Position numbers and translations under genes: made by a program. A stretch of 63,531 bases of DNA, filler included, from Intoshia linei (taxonomy: Eukaryota; Animalia; Orthonectida): assembly GCA_001642005.1 (NCBI GenBank). It is 7 parts of 7 records of this genome, joined end to end, with 100 filler letters (N's around TTAATTAATTAA, not from the genome) between each part and the next. Parts side by side here need not be neighbours in the genome. Positions count along the whole stretch, not along the records: positions 12,751 to 34,972 come from LWCA01000601.1; positions 35,073 to 39,044 come from LWCA01002004.1; positions 39,145 to 53,097 come from LWCA01000983.1; 4 more parts are not named here. The stretch is one strand, 5' to 3'. Of the stretch, positions 30,295 through 42,500 are shown in pieces. The stretch's first letter is position 1. Every line of letters begins with the position of its first letter. Below the pieces are notes generated by a model. It was not told the DNA's origin and made no database searches. It was given only the letters and a program-made list of their open reading frames with translations.

Positions 30295-30903
30295 AATTTT
30301 TTAAATAATGTTAAATTTAAAACTTAAATTTTTGAATAATGCGCCACAAATATAGTAAACTTTATTTATTATCGAATTGTTTCTATAGATGAAGACACGA
30401 AATGAAAAAATAATTCATTTAAAATTTTGTCTAGTTTTGAGACTCAAACTTTGAGTATTTATGTTTACGTTTCTATGATATTATTATGCACTAATCCAAG
30501 ATAACACACAAGGTCAATTGTACCAGGAGTCAGTAATGATTTGTTGCAATAAATTGTATAATAAATCAATTAATTTAATCAAACGATTAGTTTAAAATTT
30601 AAGTAATTAAATTAATTATTAATCTATTTTAAATCATAAAATAAACTTAAAGTAAATACACTTACATCATGTAAGTTTATTTTCTGACAACACTGTTTAC
30701 ATTTGTAAATACGACGTCATGACTTATTACTATTGTGATAATAAAGTTGATAAAAATCAAATTACGCTCATATGAAGTGGGGAATTATTTCAAGTTGTTG
30801 AAAAATATTTGACTATTGTTCTAAGTTTGTATAATTTATCATAGTAACAGTTAGTTATAAACCAGACAATAAGAGACTATGAATTATTGAATATTTGATA
30901 CTA

Positions 30904-32020
30904 ATGAAATATTCATATTTGTCTATTGACAACAATATAATTGAAGATAGTTTGAAAAGCTCGCTAAGTAATTGTAAAAACTTATCAACCAAAGTTAAAA
31001 CGGACGACAAACTAAGTTGTCTATCTAAAGCAATTTTAATGGATAAAATTGAATTTGTTGAATATAAAAGTGAAAATGAATCAAATAATTCACAAGAAGA
31101 ATTAACCTTAAAATTACCAAAAATTAAAAATGGACAAACTTCAAATGAACCTACCAATTCAAATCAAAGCAAAGACAAACTCTTTGAAAAGTATTTAATT
31201 AAAAATGAATGGACATTACAGACTAGTCAAATTACAGCTTTACGAAATATGGGAAATACGTGTTATGTCAATTCTACACTACAGTGTCTGATATACACAC
31301 CTTCTCTGTTAAATTATTTAAACATTTATCACGCTCAAAATTGTAATGTACATTTAAATTTTTTCACATTATTATTTAGGCAATAGACCTAGAGGAAAAT
31401 GCATCTGTTGTGATTTATATCAACTAATTAGAGTTTGTTTGTATGGAAACTATAATAAGATGACTAAAATTATTTCACCCTCCCAATTTATTGCCAAATT
31501 AAAAAGTAATTATTAATTTTACTGTTTTGAGAAATAATTTGTAGGTGTGGCTCCAAACTTTAGATCTCACCAACAACAAGATGCGCACGAATATCTGCGT
31601 CAGTTGATTGACAAATTGCGTATTTGTTCCATACCTTTAGATAAAATTAATAGGTAAATTATTACAAAAATATAATGGCAACAATTTTAGACATCTTAGT
31701 AAATCAGAAATACGCGACATTTCTGAAACTACTGCTATTAATTGTATCTTTGGAGGTGTATATGATAGTATTGGTATGTCTAATTTAATTTTTTTTAATA
31801 TTATTTTCTTGATAGTTACATGTAAAAATTGCAATCTGTCTTCAAATACAAAAGATAATTTTATGGATCTTACAGTTGATATTAAAGTAATATATTGAAT
31901 TATTTTATCCATTTTAATTACATTTAAATAGGATAGAAACATTTTTACTATAGAAGACGCTCTGAAACAATTGATTAAACCTGAAGTTTTGGCAGGACAA
32001 AATGGATATTATTGTTCAAA
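30904..32020 (+). CDS. USP36: Ubiquitin-specific protease USP36/USP42-like; N-terminal half only
   Basis: Cys box LRNMGNTCYVNSTLQCL, QQDAHEYL, IFGG, CKNC, D.FMDLTVDI and PEVL..NGYYCSK over five short-intron exons. No His-box exon found. Confidence 0.8.
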
Positions 32021-32180
32021 GTAATTTGATGAGCTATTTTATATTAACCTGTTAACTGGTGTACAATGGTAAAAGTGTCATCATTTTAGTAGTGCAAAAA
32101 ATGATTTCTTTTTATGATTAGTTTATTTTACTAGGTTAAATAGATTAAGTAAGAATAATTATTCTTATTAGAATAATTAT

Positions 32181-33940
32181 CACTGTAACAAAATAACACA
32201 TTTTTCGAGGATTTTAAAAAAAAATCAGTACTTTCTCTCATACAAGTTTTTAGACAAATCTATCGTGCACCATAGAAAATACATCTATTCTAATGTTGTG
32301 ATTTATTGGTTTTACAGTAACTAATAAATAAATACGTATTTAAGAATTTGTCTATAAAATTGTGAATTTTTAAACGATTTCAATATATGATATTTATTTT
32401 ATTCAGTTTTCGCTATAAAATTCAATGAAGCTATCACATTTGAAATATCAGACCTTTTTATGAACAATTTTTTAATGGTATCAATGAAAGATAAGGTTAT
32501 TAAATCTGAAGTTCCAAGAATCTTGTAAATTTAAAGTCCGAATCTAACATTATCAAAATCGAAATGCAAATACATGAGCTAAAACAAATTTATTAATATT
32601 AAAGTGAAGTTCAGTTGGAACTGTTACTGTAACTTCACTATTACAACAAATTTAAATAAAATATTTAAAATTTTGAACTTATTTCACTGATGGTTAGTAT
32701 CACAATTATAGAAGTAATAATTAATGATTTAAGAATATAATTTGAGAAGACCTTTCTTATTCATTGTGTAACTATTTTTTAATTAAACAATTAATACAAG
32801 AAAAAAAAATTATTTATTTACGTTTCATGTATTTCCACCACCACATATAGTCAGACAGCATGTTAACCCAATTTGATTTTTTAAATTTTTTTTTATATTA
32901 TAAAATTTTCTGATGGTATCTCTCTCCATGCTCGTCTGACCACATACCATAATTATGTGCAACCTATTTAAGTGACAATCCAAATAGTGCAACTTGACAC
33001 TCATTAGGTACTTCATTTCATCGAAACTTTGAATCATATCGAAAGCAATGTCTTTATAATTGTCGTCCCTTTTATTGCCAAAAAACTTATCACTTGTTCC
33101 ATTGCATCAAATGCCTTTAATTGAACCATTGAATCATCCATATAATCTTGAACATTTGAATTAAATAATGTTTTATTTGAGGTCCCGTCAATATTCCTCT
33201 TATTATTTTTTCGTCAGAGATCTAAAAAAAGTAAATAAATGTTGGCATACAGGTATGTAAGTTGATACATATATAATATATTACATGGATAAAGCGTTCG
33301 AAGGAAAGTATGTGATTTTTTGGTATCGTTAGGTGTTGATAAAATGTACATTTTGTGATATCGAGTCAGAAATTGTTTGACAATACCTAATTTTTTGTGT
33401 AAAGGTGGCATAAGAATGTTTTCCAGGTTTACAAGAAGAGCTCGAATTACATTTCTGAGAACGATAATGAAATATCTTCTTCCATCCCAAGATATTTGAT
33501 AATAGTGATTTTTTCTATCTCTGGAATCAAAATCACAAATAAAAGAGGGATATTTGACCGGACCACTTTGAAGCCCAGTTAACAGGTTTACCACCTTCAG
33601 ATCAGAACATATTGACCATTGGTAAGTATCGTATTTTATGACGTCAAAACACTTTTTTAGATTATCGTAATTTTCATTCATACTTTTCGAATAAAAAAGT
33701 GGAATAGCCTTATTGATATGATTTGAATCAAGTAAAACCGCTTTCAAACTTTTTACGGATGCGTCAATTGACAAAAACCAATCTTTATTAATAACATCCA
33801 AATTCTCCATTAACCCTAGTGAATCGTTTCAATATGTATAATCTTTAACCATGGAAAAATATTTACTGAATTCAGTATGCCTTGATCTATGGGAAGTTGA
33901 AATTACATTAGATGTTAAATTCCTGTTTTTCAATGAACAA
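32181..33940 (-). mobile_element. Chapaev3 transposon relic
   Basis: CACTGTAACAAAA terminus. WFLSIDASVKSLKAVLL...WSICSDLKVV..LTGLQSG..KYP.FICDFDSR, PPLHKKLG, MSVKLHYLDCH, EHGERYHQ; frameshifted. Confidence 0.85.
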
Positions 33941-34096
33941 AACTAACAATTATTCACAATATGCATGATTTGCAGTGTAAAATTTATATTTTACACTAAG
34001 AATTGTATCTAATTTTGACATGCACAATAGAAATGCAATAGACTAAAAATAAAGTTAATTTCTGGTTGCTCTAATTTGGAGGCGGATATTGGTCTT

Positions 34097-34570
34097 TTAC
34101 AGTAACCTGTATTCTCCATTAAGTTTTCTTGTTAAGAATTTCGACGAGCGCATATTAATCGTTGAGGGTTCAATTAATTTCGTGTCCACTTTCATGATTG
34201 TTGCGTCATGTGCATCGACATTATTTATTTGTGGTTTGATGTCTTCTTTTGCATTGATTTGAGTAGTGAGAATATTTGTTGCATTTATCACATTTTATGC
34301 TCCAAGCTGGGCATTTTTTTTGGTTAGTGCATTTATCACCACATCCGGAACATGTGTTATTCAAATTAATGTTGAATGTACCAGTGTTATTATTTCTTAC
34401 TGACATGTAAGTGGAAGCAGATTTGATAATTTCATTTCATTTTTTTGAATTAAAAATATTTGTAGCTCTTCATTGTTACATCCGGCTACCAGACGATCAT
34501 TTATCAATTCCGACTTGTTTAGTTCAAATTCACATACCTTCGCCAAAACCCGAAGTCTATTAACACATAC
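34097..34570 (-). mobile_element. LTR retrotransposon gag relic
   Basis: RLRVLAKVCEF..LINDRLVAG and a double knuckle CSGCG..CPAW..KCDKCNKYSHYSNQC. Confidence 0.75.
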
Positions 34571-34972
34571 AGTTGTGGCCAAAAAAACGCATATATTTTC
34601 AATAGGGTTAAAGTCTAGACTCTGTGCTGGCCGTTTCATCACGTCTATTCAGTTTTGCTGGAAAAATTCGGTTGTTATTTTAGTTTTGTGCTTAGGGTCA
34701 TTATCTTGTTGGAAGATGAAATTGTCCCTTAAGCCTAGTTTTTGTGCCGATAACATTACATTTTTGTTTAGAATTTGTGTATATTTTAATGCGGCTATTT
34801 TCTCTTCAATTATTTGGATTTCACCAACTCCGTAATAACTAAAACAGGCCCAAATCATTGAACTACCTCCACCAAATTTAATTGTTGGGCGAATGTTTTT
34901 TAAATTGAATCAAGTTCTTTTTTTTCTGCGAACATACTGCTTGCCATCAGACCCAAAAAGGTTTATTTTGCA
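34571..34972 (-). mobile_element. Tc1 DD34E transposase relic
   Basis: KINLFGSDG, MIWACFSYYGVG, FQQDNDPKH, then 34 residues to NPIE; internal stop. Confidence 0.9.
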
Positions 34973-35165
34973 NNNNNNNNNNNNNNNNNNNNNNNNNNNN
35001 NNNNNNNNNNNNNNNNTTAATTAATTAANNNNNNNNNNNNNNNNNNNNNNNNNNNNNNNNNNNNNNNNNNNNATGGTATAATTGTTCACATTTCTTTTTA
35101 AAATAACGTAAACTATATCACTGAAATGTAAATCAAATGGTCGTTTTTTTGTTTTTACATTGGTA

Positions 35166-35459
35166 TCAAAATCTTTTCGGAGTCTTACTGTCACCTATAA
35201 TTAAAATATATTCATACACATATAAATATGTACCAATATCAAATTTTTTTATATTAGCATTAGCATCAGCTACCATTCCATCTATATATGGTGTCGAAAT
35301 CTCTTTGTGATCTTCAACTTCAGTCTTACAACTATACATATATTTGTATATGATCAAAATTAATATTAACGAATAATATCCATTGCATCCGTGAAAAACT
35401 GAAAAAGGTGTCTTTTTTGTTGCACGGTAAACAGTTATATTTATCGTCCAATGACACAT
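35166..35459 (-). mobile_element. Integrase C-terminal relic
   Basis: INITVYRATKKTPFSVFHG resembles the rve-integrase motif N...H.AT..TP. Confidence 0.5.
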
Positions 35460-35489
35460 TTTCCTGGTTTTACTGTTAGTCCGGATTTA

Positions 35490-36310
35490 TGTACGGACTT
35501 TTAAAACTTCATCTAAGTCAATTTTGTGTTGAGCTATAGATGGTGATACAATGATTATGTCATCAAGATATAGCATTTTCAATTTTAACCAATACTTTAT
35601 CTATCAATCGTTGGCATGTCACTTAGGCATTTTTTAGGCCTTGCGGCATAACTTTAAATTAATAAATTCTTTTTCAAATGGAGTTGTGAATGCTGTCTTA
35701 TATCTATCCCTTTGTCTCAATGAGATTTGCCAAAATCCGCTGGTCAAATCCAAAGTAGAAAATATTTTTTTATTTGATAGGAAATTTAACATTGTTTTAA
35801 ATCAAGTGTGGGATATGTATCTCGAATGGTAAGTGAATTAAGTTGTCTAAAGTCGAGTATCATTCTATTTGATCCATCAGATTTTTTTTTTAAAGAAATA
35901 GTTTGACTGATAAGGACTATAAGTTGGACAAGGTTCTATAAATCCTAATTTTAATAGTTGTTTAATGTAAATTTTATGATTTTCAATGTTATTTATTCCA
36001 ATATGAAATGGTTTTGAACTTTTAAATTTTGCATGTGGATTTAAATCTAGAATGTGTTCAATTTGTAAAGTTTTTCCAGGTGTAGTGGAAAATATACTAT
36101 GATACTTAGATACTATACAATTAAACTGATTATTATTGGATTTAATGTTATTACAATATTTAATTAATCCTAACTTCAATGCATCTTTGCAACCTATTAG
36201 ATTTTGTATAGATGTTATTTCAAATTCAATAATAGTTCCACAGACTAATTTTAATTTTGTGTGACCAAAACTTTTTATCTCACCACCATTTGCAGATAAT
36301 ATAGTGCGAC
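35490..36310 (-). mobile_element. Ty3/Gypsy protease-RT relic
   Basis: IFSTTPGKT..EHI, RMILDFRQLN, LDLTSGFWQI, KTAFTTP, YLDDIII; multiple frameshifts. Confidence 0.85.
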
Positions 36311-37884
36311 CATATTTTTAACGTACTAATATTGGTTAGAAACGAAAATTTAAAAAATATATAAAAAAATTATGTAACTAAACAATAACTAAATTGAGAC
36401 ATAAAGTTTATGATAAACACGAGTAATTGCTGAAAATGAAATATATATTTATTATAATTAATTATATTTATTGCTAGAATTAATGTTTTTACAAACTTCA
36501 ATGTCGTTTAACAAATTTTTATAAAAATTTTTCATTTTAATTTTCTTGAAGTAAAATGACAGATTTTAATTTTTTTAAGCTAAGGTTGGATTTATGTTCT
36601 GTTTAATAATTATTAGTAACACTAAATACTCTTTCTACATGTGTATTTGAGCAATTTAGAATAATATTAGAAATTAAAATAATAAAACTGAATTAATTTT
36701 TTGAATCCATTAGTATCGATATTATCACACAAATTCTTCCAAGGAGGAATAGTAAGAGAATTTTTTAAACATAAATTAACTGCAACAAATTCATTGAACA
36801 TTTATTTCAATTTATCTGGTTAATTAAATTTATTTTGTTACATTTGCGTAAAGAATTTTAAAAATAATTGTTATCATATTTTTTTAATTTATTAGACAGA
36901 ATGTGTGTATATTATTAAAAATAAAGTAAAAACAGTCCAATCCTAAAAATAGTTAATAAATACTTAAAAATACCAATTATGTATGAATAATTAACATGTG
37001 TTAACAATGTTACAATTTTATTATTAATTCTAAAATCGTTACGAAGATAACATTTATAAATTTATTGATTTTCCAGCAAACAGTCATCGTATTTTTATGT
37101 AAAATTTAGTTTTTTAGTTTCTGCATCCATATCCAAAATAATTTTTCAAAGCAGATTTTTAAATGTAATTAACAATTTTAATTACATCTTTAAATATCTT
37201 ATTTAAATTATTTGGAAGATTTTATTTTTTATTTTATTATCAAAAAGTGAAATATTTGAATTTTAAGTCAATTTAAATCTGATCAAATACAGCTTATCAT
37301 AAAAAACGAACGTAAATTATTTGTTTATTTTTATCATTTTTTGATGTTGTTATTGATTATGTTCGATATTAATAGGGTAAAGGTAATAAGATATCATTTT
37401 TTACAGGAATACTGGAATTAATTGATTAAATTTAAAAATGGTAAGAAACCCTGCTCTAACAGTACATGTATTTGTGGATTTAATGTGTAAACATATCTGT
37501 AAACCTCACCCTCGGCAGAGCTAGCAACGGTTTCTACGAATTAAAAAACAGAAAACGAGTAGATTGTGTAATTAACATAATAATATATAAATAATGCATA
37601 ATATGTTAAATGTTGCACGCTGTGATGTTAGAATCTGGTTCAATAGATAATTTAATTATTTTCATAATTGAATGGCTATAACCTAAATAGATAAGATAAA
37701 AATTAATATATAATTCATTTATATCAATACTTTGCATTAATAACTCCACAAATTTGATATATTGCGTTATTATAATAATGAGTCAATTATAACATGAACA
37801 TTGTATAACGTCAAATTATAAATAATCATTATTATTAAACAACAGTCCAGAGTGAAATAAATGTATCATTTTTATCATTTAAAT

Positions 37885-38418
37885 CAGTGGTTCTCAAGGG
37901 GTCCATATGGACCCTTTAGTGGTCCACAGGAAATGTTTGGGGGTCCACAAGAAAAATTTGGGGTCCACAGATAAATTTTGGGGCAACGAAAAAAATCCAC
38001 CACTAGAGTATTTTACAAAACTACGTGACAATTTTAAATCGATTAAAATCAACAATATCTTCAATGATGAAGTTATCAAAAAAGATAAATGTTTAACAGC
38101 TTCTTATGAAATTTCAAAAATTACAGCAAAAGTTTGTAAACCTCACACATTGGGAGAAACTGTAATTTTACCAGCTATTTCGACTTAATGAATAAAAATA
38201 CAACTGAATTTACTCGTCAAATCCATCTGAGTAACTCATCAGTGTCAAGACCAGGGGTGTCAATTATGCGTGAAAACTATGGTCAAAAATTTTATAAAAC
38301 AATACCAACATCGATTTATAAGGTAGCGTACGACTAAGATTTTTTTAAAATAAGCGGTTCCACGAATAATATAAAATAGCTAAAGGGTCCATGTACTGAA
38401 AAAGGTTGAGAACCACTG
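37885..38418 (+). mobile_element. Buster-type hAT deletion derivative
   Basis: Perfect TIR CAGTGGTTCTCAA and perfect 8-bp TSD ATTTAAAT. ZBED5/Buster-like remnant ASYEIS...KPHTLGETVILPA...IPLSNSSVSR. Confidence 0.92.
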
Positions 38419-38746
38419 ATTTAAATAATGTAAAAAGCTCAAGATGTAGCATGATATCCCATATGAAAAACACTGATTTACAGAGTGTTTTGTGTAAAAT
38501 AATAACTTGAATCAAAGACATATATTTATCTAATAATTATTAATACAGAGTTGTGCAGTGAGATACGAGTTATTGTGCAACTAAATAAACACTATTGGTA
38601 ACTACATACGAAATTACCAGAACGCGCTGCTTCACATAATTTCTCGTGATCACTAACTGGCCTAAATTTACGGTTAAATTAGGGTTCATTAGCTCTACTA
38701 AGTTTATTTCTAGATTTTATTAACATATTAATAACTATAAATGTAA

Positions 38747-39044
38747 CTAGGTTGACTGTTATCTACTACATACAAACATCACCTAGCTCTGCCGAGGGCA
38801 CATTTTTATTCTAGCAAAAAAATAAAATCGTGTTGAAAATCTAACTTAAAATTCCTACTATTCACTATTATCAATCCTTTAAAAGAGTGGTTCCCAAACT
38901 TGTTTAAGGTGGAACCATTATATGACATTACTTTTTACTTTAAAGTAAATTATTCCATCTTAATTTCTTTTTGTTGACATTTGCGTAAAAAATTTTAAAA
39001 ACAATTGTTATCCTATTTTTTTAATTTATTAGACAGAATGTGTG
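38747..39044 (-). mobile_element. Helitron family, 3' part (runs into a gap)
   Basis: CTAG, hairpin and CTCTGCCGAGGGCAC, matching 16084 onward. Confidence 0.8.
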
Positions 39045-39144
39045 NNNNNNNNNNNNNNNNNNNNNNNNNNNNNNNNNNNNNNNNNNNNTTAATTAATTAA
39101 NNNNNNNNNNNNNNNNNNNNNNNNNNNNNNNNNNNNNNNNNNNN

Positions 39145-39366
39145 TTATATTACGATAACATTTTATTATAATCATAACGTTCATCAAAATCAAAAAAAAC
39201 AACTCAACTTTTAGTATATTTCTCGCCCTTGAGCATCACTATAACATTATGGTAGACTTGTAAAATTTCGTACAGATGTATAGATTAATGAAACGAACAA
39301 AATTTTCACTTGTCCCTCTAGAAAATCTGAAAATAATTATTTACTATGAAAAATATGTCCACCCTA
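39145..39366 (-). mobile_element. Unclassified DNA-transposon terminus (TAGGGTGGACAT family)
   Basis: About 220 bp that is the reverse complement of about 60832-61050. Confidence 0.6.
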
Positions 39367-39589
39367 ATAGTCAAGTATAGTAAATTCAAAAAAAATACTG
39401 AAAATTTTATTATATCAATTGAAAATTCAATATTTTCACTGACAAACTATTTAAAATACTGACACTATAAATATAAGCATTTACATATGTATATTCAAAA
39501 ATTGCAATTTTAAAGGCAAGAGTCGTAAAATAAGCAGAATTAAATAAATTAAATGATAACTGAAATCTAATTTGCAATTTATTACGGTT

Positions 39590-42500
39590 AGACACTAATT
39601 TCTTTAACTTAAGATACATTGCTATTACATTATGACTAATGGAAATATTGTTAAATTTAAATCAAAAAAGTCAACACAATAATCAATGTTAAAAATTGAA
39701 AATAGCTACTAAATCTAAATCAAATTAATCATATTACGCTAAGTGAAGCACTTCAAGTGATTCTAAGACTCGACTAGTCTTTTTCACATTATCTGCTCTT
39801 TCATACGATATTGTAGATATGCAATTATTGTTCAATGATAGGACCTAATTTAATAATAAATATAATCACTTTTATAAAAAAATTGAATTATTACTAATAG
39901 TTTTTTCATCAAAAATAATCCATCCAACGATGTTAAGTTGTTTTCATCAAAATTTAAACTAAATTATGTTTAAAGCTAGTGTAATATAATTACACTTTGA
40001 GATTATTCAACTTAACAAAGGCTTTTTCGTCAATTGTATCAATTCCACAATTTTTAAAACTTATTACAGTTATCAAATCAAAATTTGTGTGTTCCACAGT
40101 GTCTGTGACCATATCTATTGATAGACGGCCTCCAAAAATTTTTTTTGCTTTAATGGTTTCATGAATTTTCTAAGTACACATATACATGTATTTAGTTTCA
40201 TCAGAGCGTAATTTTTTCAATAAAATTATAAAATTAAATACAATTGCATATATCGATATACAATGTTGTCAGTTCACTTCAATTGATTAGTGATTTCAAT
40301 ATTATTCATATTATTAGGTTAATAGTGGGAAAATAATGATATGTAACAGAGATCGGCAACCTTTTGCATCTTGTGAACAGCATTTTTATATCAAAAAATT
40401 ATACGGGTCCCTTTTTTGAAAATTTACACATGATACATTTCAATTTTAACTGAAGCGAAAAGGTTCTAGTATATTCAATAAAATAAAACCCGGAAAGATC
40501 TAAAAATTCAGTATTAAAATGATTATTATGAGCCAATTATAGTAAAAAATGTTTAAAACGGTGTTTAAAATTTGAGAAATAAATACTTTACATATTTACT
40601 CAAGTGGACCCAAAAATTATGTGGGTCACTTTTGACCCGCGGGCCACTAGTTGCAGCCCCTGATGTATAATAAATTAATATTAAACGAAACACGCTGATA
40701 GCCACGTTGAGAATTTGACCTTATAAAAACAATGATTATAAAGGGTTTTTTCTAGAAAATTATAATTTCACCTAATTATAATAGAGAACCAAATTAACAT
40801 TGAGACCAAGTATTAATGTATAAATTTTTATATTTATATTTGTATAAAATTACACCTGAAATAATAATAGTATCATGTTTTTAAAAATTTTAAAATCACG
40901 AATGGTTATATCCTTCTTAAAATGTTATTCTTCATCGTGTAGTACTCTGGGTTTTACCATTTTTTGCTTTAAAAAAATCTTAATACCTTAATATACAACT
41001 CATTATTAAGATATTAATTTATTACAACAAATTTTCCATCGAGATATTGAATATGAGTAATATGGAACAATACAAAAAATCTATAATCTTGAATAAAAAA
41101 AACAGGATTGTATTGCAAATCAAGTACACGCAATTTTGCCAAATTCTAAATATAAAATTAAATTTTTAATGAATGTAATTATAATTGGCCATGTTGCAAT
41201 ATTTTTAAATTACCAACATAGATTTTATACAATATTATTATTAAAATAATTATAATAATATCCTTAAAAAATACTCTCAATTTTATAATATCCTGAGTTA
41301 GGCATATTCTATTGTGACTTGCGTATAATTCGACCAAAGATGGTAAATGTGAAAAAAAACAAAGTGTTTCCAATTTGTTGGCTTCAATTGATATATGACA
41401 AATCTTGTTTAATCCAAAGAAGGAATCACTACCAAATCCAATTATATTATTGTAGCTTAAATTTATTTTTTTTAAATTTATTAGACTCGATAAAGTTTCC
41501 ACGTAAGTTAAATAATTCTTTGATACATTCAACTATATAATTAAAATTAAGAAAAAATTATTTTATATTATTACTCTTTCCAATCTAATTAAATGTTCTA
41601 TACCCTAAAATAATTTTATAATCGTCTATAAAATATAAATTTATTAACACATGTATCCATCGAGCGGTATTTTTTTGGGGCGTTAATTGAAATGTATCTA
41701 GGATTTACTGCCTCAGTGTTCCAGTGTGGTTTCAATTTTATTTTTATTGAAATTTATATGTTAGAAAATATAGTATATAAAATATTTAGAAGGTTTATCA
41801 AAAATATATTTATAAATTCTTAGTTTTATTTAGTGTTGTAATTTTTGATAAATCATTAACTGCACATAATCGAGGGTTTAAACAATATTCAAATAAAAAT
41901 ATAATATATACAAATTATAAATATTTATTGATCTATTTATAAAATTTTTAAAAGGCATAATAATACCTTTAGAGAGGAAATTAAATTGTTTTCAAGTGAT
42001 AAATATGTTAAATGAGTTAAATAATCTAAATTTGAAATTTTCGTTATTAATTCACCATTGACTGATAACCACGTAATCTATAATATTAATGTAGAATATT
42101 ATATTATATTATTAGGTATCATTATATTATAATGATTAGTAATTTCAAGAAATTGGATTTGATCTTTTTACCGTGAAGAGTGGTTAACATTCTATGAAAA
42201 TAAAATTTTTGATTTCTGCCTTGAAATATATATTATTTTTTATCCACATTCTCAAGGCTTATCAATTAATATTAAATAGAATCTATCGGTGAAGAGATAG
42301 TTAACAATTAAAAATCTTTTATTATTATTAATTTATAATCTAATAATCAATTTTAATATCAATAATCATCATTATCATATCGATAATATTTTCAAAACCA
42401 ATGTAATATACAAATAGATGTAAATATAAGGAAAAAATATTTCTAAAATTGATCATAATTTATTTCAATTTAAAATAATTTACGGATTTAAAATTGACGT

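Noticed and set aside
37898-37970. Repeated GGGGTCCA units resembling a CRISPR or iteron array
   Set aside because: They are subterminal repeats of the Buster hAT element. The context is eukaryotic and there are no cas genes.
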